Source: a virus
Taxonomy: Duplodnaviria > Heunggongvirae > Uroviricota > Caudoviricetes
DNA: 64,000 nucleotides
Direction: 5' to 3' (one strand)
IMG/VR virus record: IMGVR_UViG_3300021979_000001
Location: 194,948-258,947 of that record
Shown: piece by piece, positions 1 through 8,977 of the stretch
Numbering within the stretch: position 1 is the stretch's first letter
Layout of the letters: every line of letters begins with the position of its first letter
Translations under genes and position numbers: made by a program
The notes under the pieces: generated by a model
What the model was told of the DNA's origin: nothing
Database searches by the model: none
Seen by the model: only the letters and a program-made list of their open reading frames with translations

Positions 1-404
1 TGTTACTGTGCATTATTCGCCCATACAGGAGCCGTTTCACGATCTTTACTTCCCAGACTACCTAAACATCATTACATGTGCTGTATGCGCAAAAAATGCC
101 GCGTAACGTCGATGTTTATCATACCTATATTATATCCATTAATTTAAGCATGGGGATTATGATTTCATGATTATGTCGAATGACCATATAATTGTTTATA
201 TGGCTTGGCGACATAACATGTCCTATCGTTTCGTAATAAAACAAAACATCGATGTTATCATACTTTTAATATATGTCAGATGGTATGTATCGGGTTATAT
301 GTGCGAAAGTGAGTCTCACATTGTTCATGATTTGATGAAATTATTGTGACACACCTTCTGTTTATGTGATGGAATATTGGGGTTAACATGTAAATTTATT
401 TTTC

Positions 405-1187
405 CTAGTTAGCATTCACCAGATATAGCACATAATCACTTTCATTCTTAAAATATATTCTTTCATCGGTTACACTTACAATCGCGGCAACATCATAAAA
501 GCAATATGAATTATAAGTGACAGTATCATAATATGCCTTCTCTATGGTCAATACCTGGTGTGAGCCATATGATAACTTATCAAACAACATAATATGAACA
601 GCATGTTCGCTAATAGTATCACGAAAGCTGGTAGTATAACAGAAATCGTCAAGGCACAACGTTTGTTTAACCCGTGCATGATGCTGTATATTCATGATTT
701 GAGCATTGTTTATAAGATAACAATAATCACCAATTACATATCCATCGGTTGTTTCAAACGGGAAGCTGTAATTAGTTTGGTGAAGACACTCGTTAATAAT
801 CATAGATTTATTTACGGCGATACCGTCATGCATCACTATTGTGGAATCAAACGTAAGATCACAGGCAGGACTAATTATTTTAAAGCGTTCATGCTGCCAA
901 TTATCAAACGATTTGGAAATAGTTTTGTCATTATTTAAAAATACCACATAACATATTGTGTAGTTTTCAAACTGTGTAAAATTAGTAGTTTGATCACAAT
1001 AATGAATGCCATACTTATACTCATTAGGCAGAATTATATTTTGAACAAAGTCGAATACATTATGATACTTTCTATTCTCGTTAAACAGAATTGTCATATC
1101 TTTACATGATGCAATAATAATGCTATCATCTTCACCGTCATCATTATATGATTCAACATAATAAACGAAATGTTTCTTTACTGTCAT
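405..1187 (-). CDS. hypothetical protein (C-terminal FxNExDxxxYL motif family)
   Basis: 260-aa ORF ending IYFKNESDYVLYLVNAN; motif shared with other ORFs in the window. Confidence 0.7.
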   Translation of the reverse strand: MTVKKHFVYYVESYNDDGEDDSIIIASCKDMTILFNENRKYHNVFDFVQNIILPNEYKYGIHYCDQTTNFTQFENYTICYVVFLNNDKTISKSFDNWQHERFKIISPACDLTFDSTIVMHDGIAVNKSMIINECLHQTNYSFPFETTDGYVIGDYCYLINNAQIMNIQHHARVKQTLCLDDFCYTTSFRDTISEHAVHIMLFDKLSYGSHQVLTIEKAYYDTVTYNSYCFYDVAAIVSVTDERIYFKNESDYVLYLVNAN

Positions 1188-1253
1188 CGCAAGTTTCCGC
1201 AGTTAAATTAAACCGAGTTATCAGTCATCTGGTCTTAACATTAATAATTACCA

Positions 1254-2114
1254 TTATCCATGTAGCATTTTAAACATCGTCGCGTCCTCTAATGTTTTAC
1301 ACAACACCAAATATTTGTTTCTGTTACCAATGGCGGGTTCCATAATAATGATATTATATTTTTTGACATTGAACCCAGGAAAAAAGATCGGGACATGATT
1401 TCGCATGAAATATTTTCCTATTTGACTCACCCCGTCCCGCTGATATGGATATGGCTCCACCAATGGCACATTCATCCTTTGTTTCAACAAATACTCGTCT
1501 AACGGCACATAATAATAATCGTTATGTTCTAACAACACCGCACGAATATTCGGAATCTCAATAGATTCAATCATATGAGGAAAATGGTTCATTGATATTG
1601 GTTCTGGTTCAGAAAATGATTGATCATATATAACGGAATATTCCGACTCATTCACATAATATATAAATTCATTTGTGACCAACATATCGATGTTATTCTT
1701 AATGAATGGATGACGCAACATTACTTTATTATTGTTGATTTTCCCAACTTTAACACCCGGACCATATCCTATTATATTTTTATTGGTTGCAGATACAGGT
1801 GTGTCCCTGATCATATATATATGTTTTAATGCAGACAGTTTATAAAATGCAGACTGTTTATGATAATAACCATCAGTATAACTGGCAATTTCAAAATCAG
1901 AATGTGTTATCAGCATTTTGTTTTTGATTGCATGACATGCCGCCTTCATAATGTCATAACCACCGTTATCAATCACCGTTACCGTGTCAACTACTGATTT
2001 AATAAACGAAATATCAGATAAAAGGTGACTGATACTATGAGACATATGATAATAATCAGTAGGAAAGTCCCAACTTTTACTTATATCATATGCCTCGATA
2101 CGAAATGCTTTCAT
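1254..2114 (-). CDS. hypothetical protein (same C-terminal motif family)
   Basis: 286-aa ORF ending CKTLEDATMFKMLHG. Confidence 0.7.
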   Translation of the reverse strand: MKAFRIEAYDISKSWDFPTDYYHMSHSISHLLSDISFIKSVVDTVTVIDNGGYDIMKAACHAIKNKMLITHSDFEIASYTDGYYHKQSAFYKLSALKHIYMIRDTPVSATNKNIIGYGPGVKVGKINNNKVMLRHPFIKNNIDMLVTNEFIYYVNESEYSVIYDQSFSEPEPISMNHFPHMIESIEIPNIRAVLLEHNDYYYVPLDEYLLKQRMNVPLVEPYPYQRDGVSQIGKYFMRNHVPIFFPGFNVKKYNIIIMEPAIGNRNKYLVLCKTLEDATMFKMLHG

Positions 2115-2242
2115 TTTTAAATCATCCGATATTCTTAATTAATCAGTAAGTTTAATAACGTTAATTGTATATACATAAACCCCACTGAACCAAACAAACG
2201 ATACCAACTACCCCTTTACAATGGTTCCTGATATTTTACAAC

Positions 2243-2280
2243 AAAAAAAGCGGGTGCCCATAATTGGGGGACACCCGCTG
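2243..2280 (-). terminator. intrinsic terminator
   Basis: GCGGGTG-CCC...GGG-CACCCGC stem preceded by A7 on + (U-tract on -), downstream of 2308..2640. Confidence 0.7.
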
Positions 2281-2307
2281 TCATCATCACCGTGTTATAT
2301 CGTCAGA

Positions 2308-2640
2308 TTATGACGGAACCCCGGCCCAATACACACCGGTATTACGATCCACCGACCCTCGGATATTTGTGTCGCCTCGGCACATTTCGCGGGCGATATT
2401 GGTCATCAATAGTAACAAATCGGAACTAACTTCATTGTCCAGAATAACCGGCCCATCTTTTGGCATACCGAAATCAACAACCACAATTGCAGTAGGGTGT
2501 TGATGTCCATTAACATGGACTGATGGCTTTACCGGCAGTTCCAGGCCATCAACGAACGTTTTCAATTCAGACACACCGTTGCGGCGCTTGGTGCGTTTCG
2601 TTGCATTGGTGGTTCTGGTCTTTTTTGCTTCTACAGTCAT
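2308..2640 (-). CDS. hypothetical protein with basic N-terminus
   Basis: 110-aa ORF followed by a terminator. Confidence 0.65.
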   Translation of the reverse strand: MTVEAKKTRTTNATKRTKRRNGVSELKTFVDGLELPVKPSVHVNGHQHPTAIVVVDFGMPKDGPVILDNEVSSDLLLLMTNIAREMCRGDTNIRGSVDRNTGVYWAGVPS

Positions 2641-2790
2641 ATTCTTAACCTATAAACTAAATTAAACTATACGTTCTTTGTTATATGGCGTAGAACGTTT
2701 AACACCATGATTTTGTTTTACCAAAACCGGCCTATCAAATGCAATATATTTTTGTTAACCAAACATTAAAACAATGGGATAAATAATTTT

Positions 2791-3120
2791 ATGTGTAAAG
2801 ATATTGACATTTGGTTGGAATATACAAAAGAAATAACCCCGATTGCAGATTGTGATCGGTTACATTTGTTGTGCCCGGAACCCAGTCTGACACTATCCCA
2901 TATTGGACATCATTCATATCTTGACTTGCATGGACTTAGTGTGCAGGCCGCATATAAGAAAACCCTGGAATTTATTGATCGTGCCAACCAAAATGGTTTG
3001 AAAAAAGTGACGATCATAACAGGAAAAAGCGGGGCCATTCGAAAAGAGTTTCCCGAATGGTTATCCCGCTATCATGTCACCGATATAAATGGTGGTTCGT
3101 TTTCAGTTAAGATCAGGTAA
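2791..3120 (+). CDS. Smr/MutS2-domain endonuclease
   Basis: LDLHGL...A...FI...VTIITGKSG.IR...PEWL...GGSF Smr signature; N-terminal DIDIW. Confidence 0.88.
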   Translation: MCKDIDIWLEYTKEITPIADCDRLHLLCPEPSLTLSHIGHHSYLDLHGLSVQAAYKKTLEFIDRANQNGLKKVTIITGKSGAIRKEFPEWLSRYHVTDINGGSFSVKIR

Positions 3121-3631
3121 GTTCGAGATTGATGGCATTCAACAGTTTAATGCCTTGCTGTTTGCATCCATCCGCCACCATCTCAACCAAATCATCAACC
3201 AGGATGGTGCAACCCATCTTTTTTGCAACCTTTGCTTTCCAACCCATCAAATCAGCAGCTTGTTGCCACAAATCATCATTGGTTACTTTAGCCAATTCGG
3301 TTGCATAGGTCAGTCGTGTTTCGCCGGGTTCGAGAACAGTCACATCCAGTTCAAACTCAACATTGATATATGCCATATACCAATTGGAGTTTTCCAAATT
3401 GGTTGTTGTTTTGAACACCCCATCAGCATATCCATATTGTGACAGGTAATACGGAATGTCGGCAACCGTATGATTATCCCGAAATGTGATGATGTGATGT
3501 TCCTTTTCTGGATTATCAATGATGTATTGCCGAAATAAAGTTGAATGTGGCCCTTGATGCAAGGTCAAATCAAAGTCCCAGCCGATTACGGCGTGGTTGT
3601 CAAGATGCTGTTTGACCTTTAAAAATGACAT
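3113..3631 (-). CDS. HAD-superfamily hydrolase
   Basis: WDFDLTL motif I, IITFR motif II, ILVDD motif IV. Confidence 0.7.
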   Translation of the reverse strand: MSFLKVKQHLDNHAVIGWDFDLTLHQGPHSTLFRQYIIDNPEKEHHIITFRDNHTVADIPYYLSQYGYADGVFKTTTNLENSNWYMAYINVEFELDVTVLEPGETRLTYATELAKVTNDDLWQQAADLMGWKAKVAKKMGCTILVDDLVEMVADGCKQQGIKLLNAINLELT

Positions 3632-3723
3632 TTTTGATTAACTCCATAAAAACAATTATTGACTTTTACCGAGAAATTGTGAAATTGTCAAATCTTAATT
3701 TAAAATTATGGTATTTACATAAT

Positions 3724-3900
3724 ATGTTCATATGTAACTGTAATGGCATCAACGAACGTAAAATTTCTGAAATGGTATCAAACGGTGCTAAAAAATATTC
3801 AGATGTATTCGCGATGACTGATACCAAACCATGTTGTGGTAAATGTAAACACGACATTAATGCGTGTATAAATAACACGGTTAATGACCACAAAAAATAA
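3724..3900 (+). CDS. bfd: BFD-like [2Fe-2S] ferredoxin (start probably ATG 3724)
   Basis: MFICNCNGI...CCGKC: CxC...CxxC cysteine pattern, 58 aa. Confidence 0.85.
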   Translation: MFICNCNGINERKISEMVSNGAKKYSDVFAMTDTKPCCGKCKHDINACINNTVNDHKK

Positions 3901-3902
3901 TA

Positions 3903-3932
3903 TTGACTGATGATACGATCATCACCTATATT
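3903..3932 (+). promoter_or_regulatory. sigma70-like promoter upstream of the structured element
   Basis: TTGACT-N18-TATATT. Confidence 0.5.
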
Positions 3933-3939
3933 AGTTTTT

Positions 3940-4575
3940 TACATATTGTCCAGGAAGTAATAGGGGCCACTTCCGCCCCAAAGCAAGTCCATCCGGGAGA
4001 TAACAGAGACCGGGGTTTGCATGGCAGGACAGCCCACAAGCCGGATGCATGATCCACATGGTTAAGCCGACCATGGCGAGGTTATGTAAACAGCCGCTTG
4101 CCACACAAAGGATGTGGACGAAGGCACCTTAAAAGAGGATAGTTATGTCTTGAGCATATTTGACATCTATCCACATATGCAACAGTCCACCAATCGCTTT
4201 GCATATGGGCTTGTGAAAACTAAATTTACCATTTTTACATAACCGTTGGACCTACGATACATTTGCCTGTGCAGCAAGGTTGTTTAACCCCGATGCACCG
4301 TTTGATTAGGATGAAATGTGAGGTCGAGATAGGGCTATACTTGTTGGTTACCGGGCAACCGCCAACTATCATCGTAAAGGTGATTAGTAGCTTATTGGTA
4401 GCGGGCTAAATGACTCAGGAAGTTATTTTTAATTCGCTTAATGTCTCTCCCTTGGACTAATTCACCACTATTGCATTCAATTGCTATTAGTGTTTGCGCA
4501 ACAACGATGTTGTGTCTATAATTTGAATTAGTCCAGGGGGGAGAAAGAGCATAACATCTGATCTAGGATGCATGT
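3940..4575 (+). ncRNA. large structured non-coding RNA candidate, class unknown
   Basis: No long ORF; locally GC-richer; more than 10 helices found by eye, including 4035-42/4208-15, 4080-90/4234-44, 4137-49/4162-72, 4174-82/4199-4207 and a 21-bp 4444-64/4524-44; GCAA tetraloop; G-U pairs favour the + strand. Confidence 0.7.
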
Positions 4576-4798
4576 TCTATTTTTTAATAATCACTGTGTT
4601 CATTACGTATTTTTCTTATTGTCTTTTTATTCCTTAAAAATCAACAAGAATGAAATTTACAAGCATATGTGAACGTTAGTGAACAGATGCGCTGTATAAT
4701 TTCTTCTTGTTGCGATAGGGTCTTAATGATTTTTTTCCGCAAGGAAAACAAATCAGAGAGACCCTTCCAGTTAATGTCACTCACGGATAATTACCATA

Positions 4799-5125
4799 AT
4801 GACCAAATACACTTCATTACACGGGAATATGACGATACTTATCGACGAACAAATAATTACAGATGGAATCAATATATTAAATATGATCAATAATATTTCT
4901 GTGTTGTCTTCCTTGAAAGGAATACATGGCCCACATATGATCTATGAAAAAATCATCATTGATGAATTACATGTCGATATAGATGCCACAATGTATTGGC
5001 TAAAGAATTTTGGACTAATCACGCCAGTAATGCAGAAATCAGTTGCGATTACACCAAAAGGAATTAAATCACTTGACTTATCATCATTTCTATCTACAAA
5101 TCATTTAATTCCAGTTAGATCATAG
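4799..5125 (+). CDS. hypothetical protein (possible winged-helix C-terminus)
   Basis: 108 aa; WLKNFGLI...AITPKG resembles a wHTH end. Confidence 0.5.
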   Translation: MTKYTSLHGNMTILIDEQIITDGINILNMINNISVLSSLKGIHGPHMIYEKIIIDELHVDIDATMYWLKNFGLITPVMQKSVAITPKGIKSLDLSSFLSTNHLIPVRS

Positions 5126-5134
5126 GGACATGTC

Positions 5135-5563
5135 ATGAAAAAATACGAATTACTTAACAAAAAAGCACGGTTTGATTATTATCTTCACGATACCTTCGAA
5201 GCAGGGATTATGTTAACCGGGTTTGAAGTAAAAAATATTCGAACCCATAATGTTAGCATTACTGAAAGTCATATCCGTGTGGAAAACGGAGAAGCATGGT
5301 GGGTTAATTCCACTATTGGTCATTCAGTCGTTAATATGTTTGATAAACACGAACCAACTCGTGTTCGAAAATTATTATTGCATAAAAATGAAATTGCAAA
5401 ACTGTATGACGCCGTGAATAAAAAGGGAAATACCATTGTTCCCACCAAACTATATGAAAACAATGGCGTTTTTAAACTGGAAATTGCCATTGCCACTGGT
5501 AAGAAAACCGTGGACAAACGACAAACCATTAAAGAACGTGAATGGAAACGTTCGGGGCATTGA
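5135..5563 (+). CDS. smpB: SsrA-binding protein SmpB
   Basis: NKKARFDY, EAGIMLTGFEVK, RKLLLHK.EI, GKK..DKR motifs. Confidence 0.95.
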   Translation: MKKYELLNKKARFDYYLHDTFEAGIMLTGFEVKNIRTHNVSITESHIRVENGEAWWVNSTIGHSVVNMFDKHEPTRVRKLLLHKNEIAKLYDAVNKKGNTIVPTKLYENNGVFKLEIAIATGKKTVDKRQTIKEREWKRSGH

Positions 5564-5665
5564 TAAAAATACCGATGATTTTTAGTCATCGGTATTTTTA
5601 ATTGGTAATATTAATTTAAATTATGATATATTTTATTTTCCCGTTAAAATATGGTTGTTTATATA

Positions 5666-6130
5666 ATGAATGAAATACTTATTGCTGATTTAGAAACCAA
5701 TGGCATATCACCAAGTGAAATCTATATTGTTGGTGTTCTGAATTATACGACTGATGAATATACACAATATTATCAGTCACTTGATGAAATATCAGTAGGA
5801 TTAATGCGATTAAATGATGCCAGATTAATTATTGGTCATAATTTCATCAAATATGATTCGACTACAATACGTAAGTTAACCGAAGGGGTAATTGATATTC
5901 CTGAAACCAAGATAATCGACACTCTTACCATGTCGAGAAAATTATTCCCGGACATGAAGAAACATTCCCTTGGTGAATGGGGTGATATTTTTGATTATCC
6001 CAAGATCGATTATAAACTTGGTTTTGATCGGTTCCATCCTGAAATGTTACCATACTGTGAGCGGGATTGTCGTTTGAATAAAAGACTATATGATTTCCTA
6101 ATCAGCCAGGAAACCAATAAATTATCGTAA
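5666..6130 (+). CDS. stand-alone PolA-type 3'-5' exonuclease domain
   Basis: ADLETNG (ExoI), GHNFIKYD (ExoII), IDTL..SR, HSL..WG, YCERD (ExoIII). Confidence 0.85.
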   Translation: MNEILIADLETNGISPSEIYIVGVLNYTTDEYTQYYQSLDEISVGLMRLNDARLIIGHNFIKYDSTTIRKLTEGVIDIPETKIIDTLTMSRKLFPDMKKHSLGEWGDIFDYPKIDYKLGFDRFHPEMLPYCERDCRLNKRLYDFLISQETNKLS

Positions 6131-6838
6131 TTGGTCAATCGCTTGCATTACCATCGCTACGCCCCTATTTGGTTTTAGTTTATATAAATCCATTGTTAAG
6201 TTTCGCAAAATTTCATCTCGATACATAATCGATGATGTCAATGTAGTGACATCTGACGCATTTATATATTGATTAAGTAATAGCATGAGCATCATTCGAT
6301 CTGATTGAGTGGCATATGGTCTAAAACGATATAACGTTAACATATTTCCTTCGCTTATTAGTTGTTTCATTTTACTGTATTTGTATATGTCATTTTTGAA
6401 TACGAAATGATATATGCTGTCCCAGTTCAGTTGAACATCATACAAAAATTCTCCGTATTTAGGTATCTCTGTTAAATCAATTGTTTTTAAAAATGAATGG
6501 ACTACTGCGATATAGTAATCGATGTTCCCTGGACAACCATGTGCATCGTTAACAATCGATAATGGATACTGATCTACGAAAGTTCGCAAATCATTAAATG
6601 ATGCAAATTTGATTTTTAGTGTTGGTTTATATTTTTGAATACCATAAACAACATTATATGTATTATTTAATGTGTTTGCAAATGGGGAACGTGATGCGGA
6701 ATAATCAACCGCATAATCAGGAACAAGGTTAATCACATCGACGTGGGATTGGTGTAGATCGCTATACTCTTGTTTTGACAGAGCAAACTGCAATTTGATG
6801 CGATTTTGTGATAGAATCGTTATTTTTTTAATGTTCAT
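6122..6838 (-). CDS. hypothetical protein
   Basis: 238-aa ORF coupled by overlap to 6835..7530. Confidence 0.65.
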   Translation of the reverse strand: MNIKKITILSQNRIKLQFALSKQEYSDLHQSHVDVINLVPDYAVDYSASRSPFANTLNNTYNVVYGIQKYKPTLKIKFASFNDLRTFVDQYPLSIVNDAHGCPGNIDYYIAVVHSFLKTIDLTEIPKYGEFLYDVQLNWDSIYHFVFKNDIYKYSKMKQLISEGNMLTLYRFRPYATQSDRMMLMLLLNQYINASDVTTLTSSIMYRDEILRNLTMDLYKLKPNRGVAMVMQAIDQLR

Positions 6839-7530
6839 AATTGATATAGTTCGTTTAGGATTTCCGTGGATTCTAGCGCTTTATCTGCGAACCCAAGTTT
6901 AATATACCAATCGAGTGCATACTCATAAAACTCGATATATGACGACACGTTATTATTGTGTATTGCCATTGCAGTAATGGTTTCGGGGGATAGGGTGTTA
7001 AAACGACCAGTCTGGGTCAACCAGAATAAATTTTTTCCTAGATTGTATTCTAATGTTTGTTGGTCAATGATTTTAACATCTTTGATATTTTTGGGATTAA
7101 CAATGATTTCGTGTTCATCCCGGTCATTCATATATGCAATTATATCATTGAAATCAACGGTTGTTGATAAAACATAACCGGTATGATCTATCGTCCGTTT
7201 CACGAATGCGTCGGCACATTTACGATCCGTAGTCCATGACCATCCGGTGTAATTGTGCGAACCACAGCCACGGTAAATTTGCAATGGTTGTGAAAGAGCA
7301 TTCAACCATTTGCGGTCTTTTGGGCGCATCATCAGCGCATATAATGGATTGGTTTTTACATCATCCAAAATTTCAGAAATTATATCAAGATTGTCGAATA
7401 TATTTTCCGAAGTAACCCATGCGCCACCAAATGCCCGCCAGAATTTTCGTTCTGATATTACTTTCCTTTTCCTGGCATTGTATAGCGCGGAAATACGTTC
7501 TGGTTTGTCAAAAAGATACAACCAATCCAT
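6835..7530 (-). CDS. putative ADP-ribosyltransferase-fold protein (R-S-E type)
   Basis: IYRG...SWTTD...A..F...DEHEIIV pattern. Confidence 0.55.
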   Translation of the reverse strand: MDWLYLFDKPERISALYNARKRKVISERKFWRAFGGAWVTSENIFDNLDIISEILDDVKTNPLYALMMRPKDRKWLNALSQPLQIYRGCGSHNYTGWSWTTDRKCADAFVKRTIDHTGYVLSTTVDFNDIIAYMNDRDEHEIIVNPKNIKDVKIIDQQTLEYNLGKNLFWLTQTGRFNTLSPETITAMAIHNNNVSSYIEFYEYALDWYIKLGFADKALESTEILNELYQL

Positions 7531-7582
7531 ATCAAAGCATCCTGGTGTTTTTGGTGATGATGTTTATACTTAACACAAATTA

Positions 7583-7828
7583 TTATATTTGTAATAGAAA
7601 GAATATTGCATCTGTTTTGTTTTTGAAAAGTAGGGTTGGTTCAGGAAAATTAATCACAGTGACATCCGAATCGAATGAAAATCTTTCCAAATATTTTATC
7701 ATTTTATAAAACGAATAATAGTAATCACCATATAACGGATCAAACATCATAAAACGTTTATCGGTAATATCGATGACGACCGCACATTCATATGGGTCGT
7801 CATCGAAAAATGCGTCACGCAGTCTCAT
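7583..7828 (-). CDS. hypothetical protein (C-terminal motif family)
   Basis: ends LLFKNKTDAIFFLLQI. Confidence 0.65.
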   Translation of the reverse strand: MRLRDAFFDDDPYECAVVIDITDKRFMMFDPLYGDYYYSFYKMIKYLERFSFDSDVTVINFPEPTLLFKNKTDAIFFLLQI

Positions 7829-8288
7829 ATTTTTCCAACAATTGTGCCAGAAAATTGCGGGATTTCACCGGATCACGGTAATATACGGCTTGCCCACCGG
7901 CCTTTTCCCAACGTTTCACATTGGCGATGAAATCATCAACCAGTATATCACCATGTGCAACCATATGTGTTGCTTTATCCCGTGATAAACACGTGGTAAC
8001 GTTATCCCAGTTGAAATGATGTTTCCACCATTTTCGTTTTGCTACAACGGCAACATCATAGCCGGTTCGTGGGCACCCGGTTAAAACAGTTGGATTGAAC
8101 CGGCTAACCAATTCCCACAACTCATGTGCCCCCTCTTTAAGAGGGACACCATCCCAAAAATCGGGGGTGTTATTAACGTTTTCCCACAATTCGGGATTGC
8201 TCATATCTTTTGGCAATTTACCAAAATTTGACAACACATGGCTGTCAAAATCTGCAAAAACACCGTCGGAATCAACAAATAAATTCAT
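7815..8288 (-). CDS. 5'(3')-deoxyribonucleotidase (NT5C, HAD)
   Basis: VDSDGVFADF, VLTG.P, K..W...HF, DILVDD. Confidence 0.85.
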   Translation of the reverse strand: MNLFVDSDGVFADFDSHVLSNFGKLPKDMSNPELWENVNNTPDFWDGVPLKEGAHELWELVSRFNPTVLTGCPRTGYDVAVVAKRKWWKHHFNWDNVTTCLSRDKATHMVAHGDILVDDFIANVKRWEKAGGQAVYYRDPVKSRNFLAQLLEKYETA

Positions 8289-8833
8289 TACTTCGTCCCT
8301 TTAAGCAATACGTATTTCATTTTAGTGGTGTCTGCTTGTAGCAGTTTAATCAAAGCGTTACCAGCCATAATAGCATCAGACAATGCATTATGATGCTGGG
8401 TCACTGTAACGCCCACATGTTCGCATAGTGCGGGCAATGACATATTATTTTTTGTTTTCAGAACGTGCCGAGCATATCCTTGACTACATCCGATAGGTCG
8501 CATTAGTGTCGAATGACCAATAATATGCAAATCGTGATTGAGCATTTTATGATCATTTTTTGCAGAATGTGCGATAATCGAATCCGTATTGATGAAATCC
8601 ATCAATTTTGGAAAAGCATGCTCGAACAACATCCCTTTACGGCATTGTTTTGGGTGGATACCAATTTTTTTGATGACGTAATAGTTGAAATCCGACGTTT
8701 TTGGATTTACCAGAATTTCAAGTGTGTCAGTCATTTTTCCGTTTTCAAACCGGGCCGCACCGATTTGAATTATTTGACGAACGTTTTTATAATCACGTCC
8801 GGTTGCTTCAATGTCGATTGCAACGAAACGCAT
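8288..8833 (-). CDS. DnaQ/epsilon-like DEDDh 3'-5' exonuclease
   Basis: AIDIEATG, IIQIGA, IAHS...D, HHNALSDA. Confidence 0.9.
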   Translation of the reverse strand: MRFVAIDIEATGRDYKNVRQIIQIGAARFENGKMTDTLEILVNPKTSDFNYYVIKKIGIHPKQCRKGMLFEHAFPKLMDFINTDSIIAHSAKNDHKMLNHDLHIIGHSTLMRPIGCSQGYARHVLKTKNNMSLPALCEHVGVTVTQHHNALSDAIMAGNALIKLLQADTTKMKYVLLKGTK

Positions 8834-8977
8834 AATTGGCTCCCCTGGTCAATGAATGATTAATATAGCAACATAATTTTAAACGTCAAACCAATAATTA
8901 ATGTTGCTCATTATTAATTGTTTTGGAACATATTGATGTGTTAGGATCACTAATCTCATTTTTATAGGTATGATGTA

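Noticed and set aside
1-400. ORF 167..349 and short minus-strand frames
   Set aside because: No RBS or motif support; possibly a decayed minus-strand gene, but this cannot be supported.
3963-4192. tmRNA (GGGGC at 3963, TCCACCA at 4186-92, near smpB)
   Set aside because: The ends do not form an Ala acceptor stem with G3-U70, no T-arm precedes the CCA, and I found no tag frame ending in Ala-Ala in either standard or permuted order.
3940-4575. RNase P RNA or group I/II intron
   Set aside because: No GAGGAAAGUCC/AACAGAA P4 pair, no group II domain V, no clear P7 elements, and no interrupted gene.
4669-4893. 74-aa ORF downstream of the structured element
   Set aside because: GTG start without RBS, overlaps the better 4799..5125 ORF, no motif.
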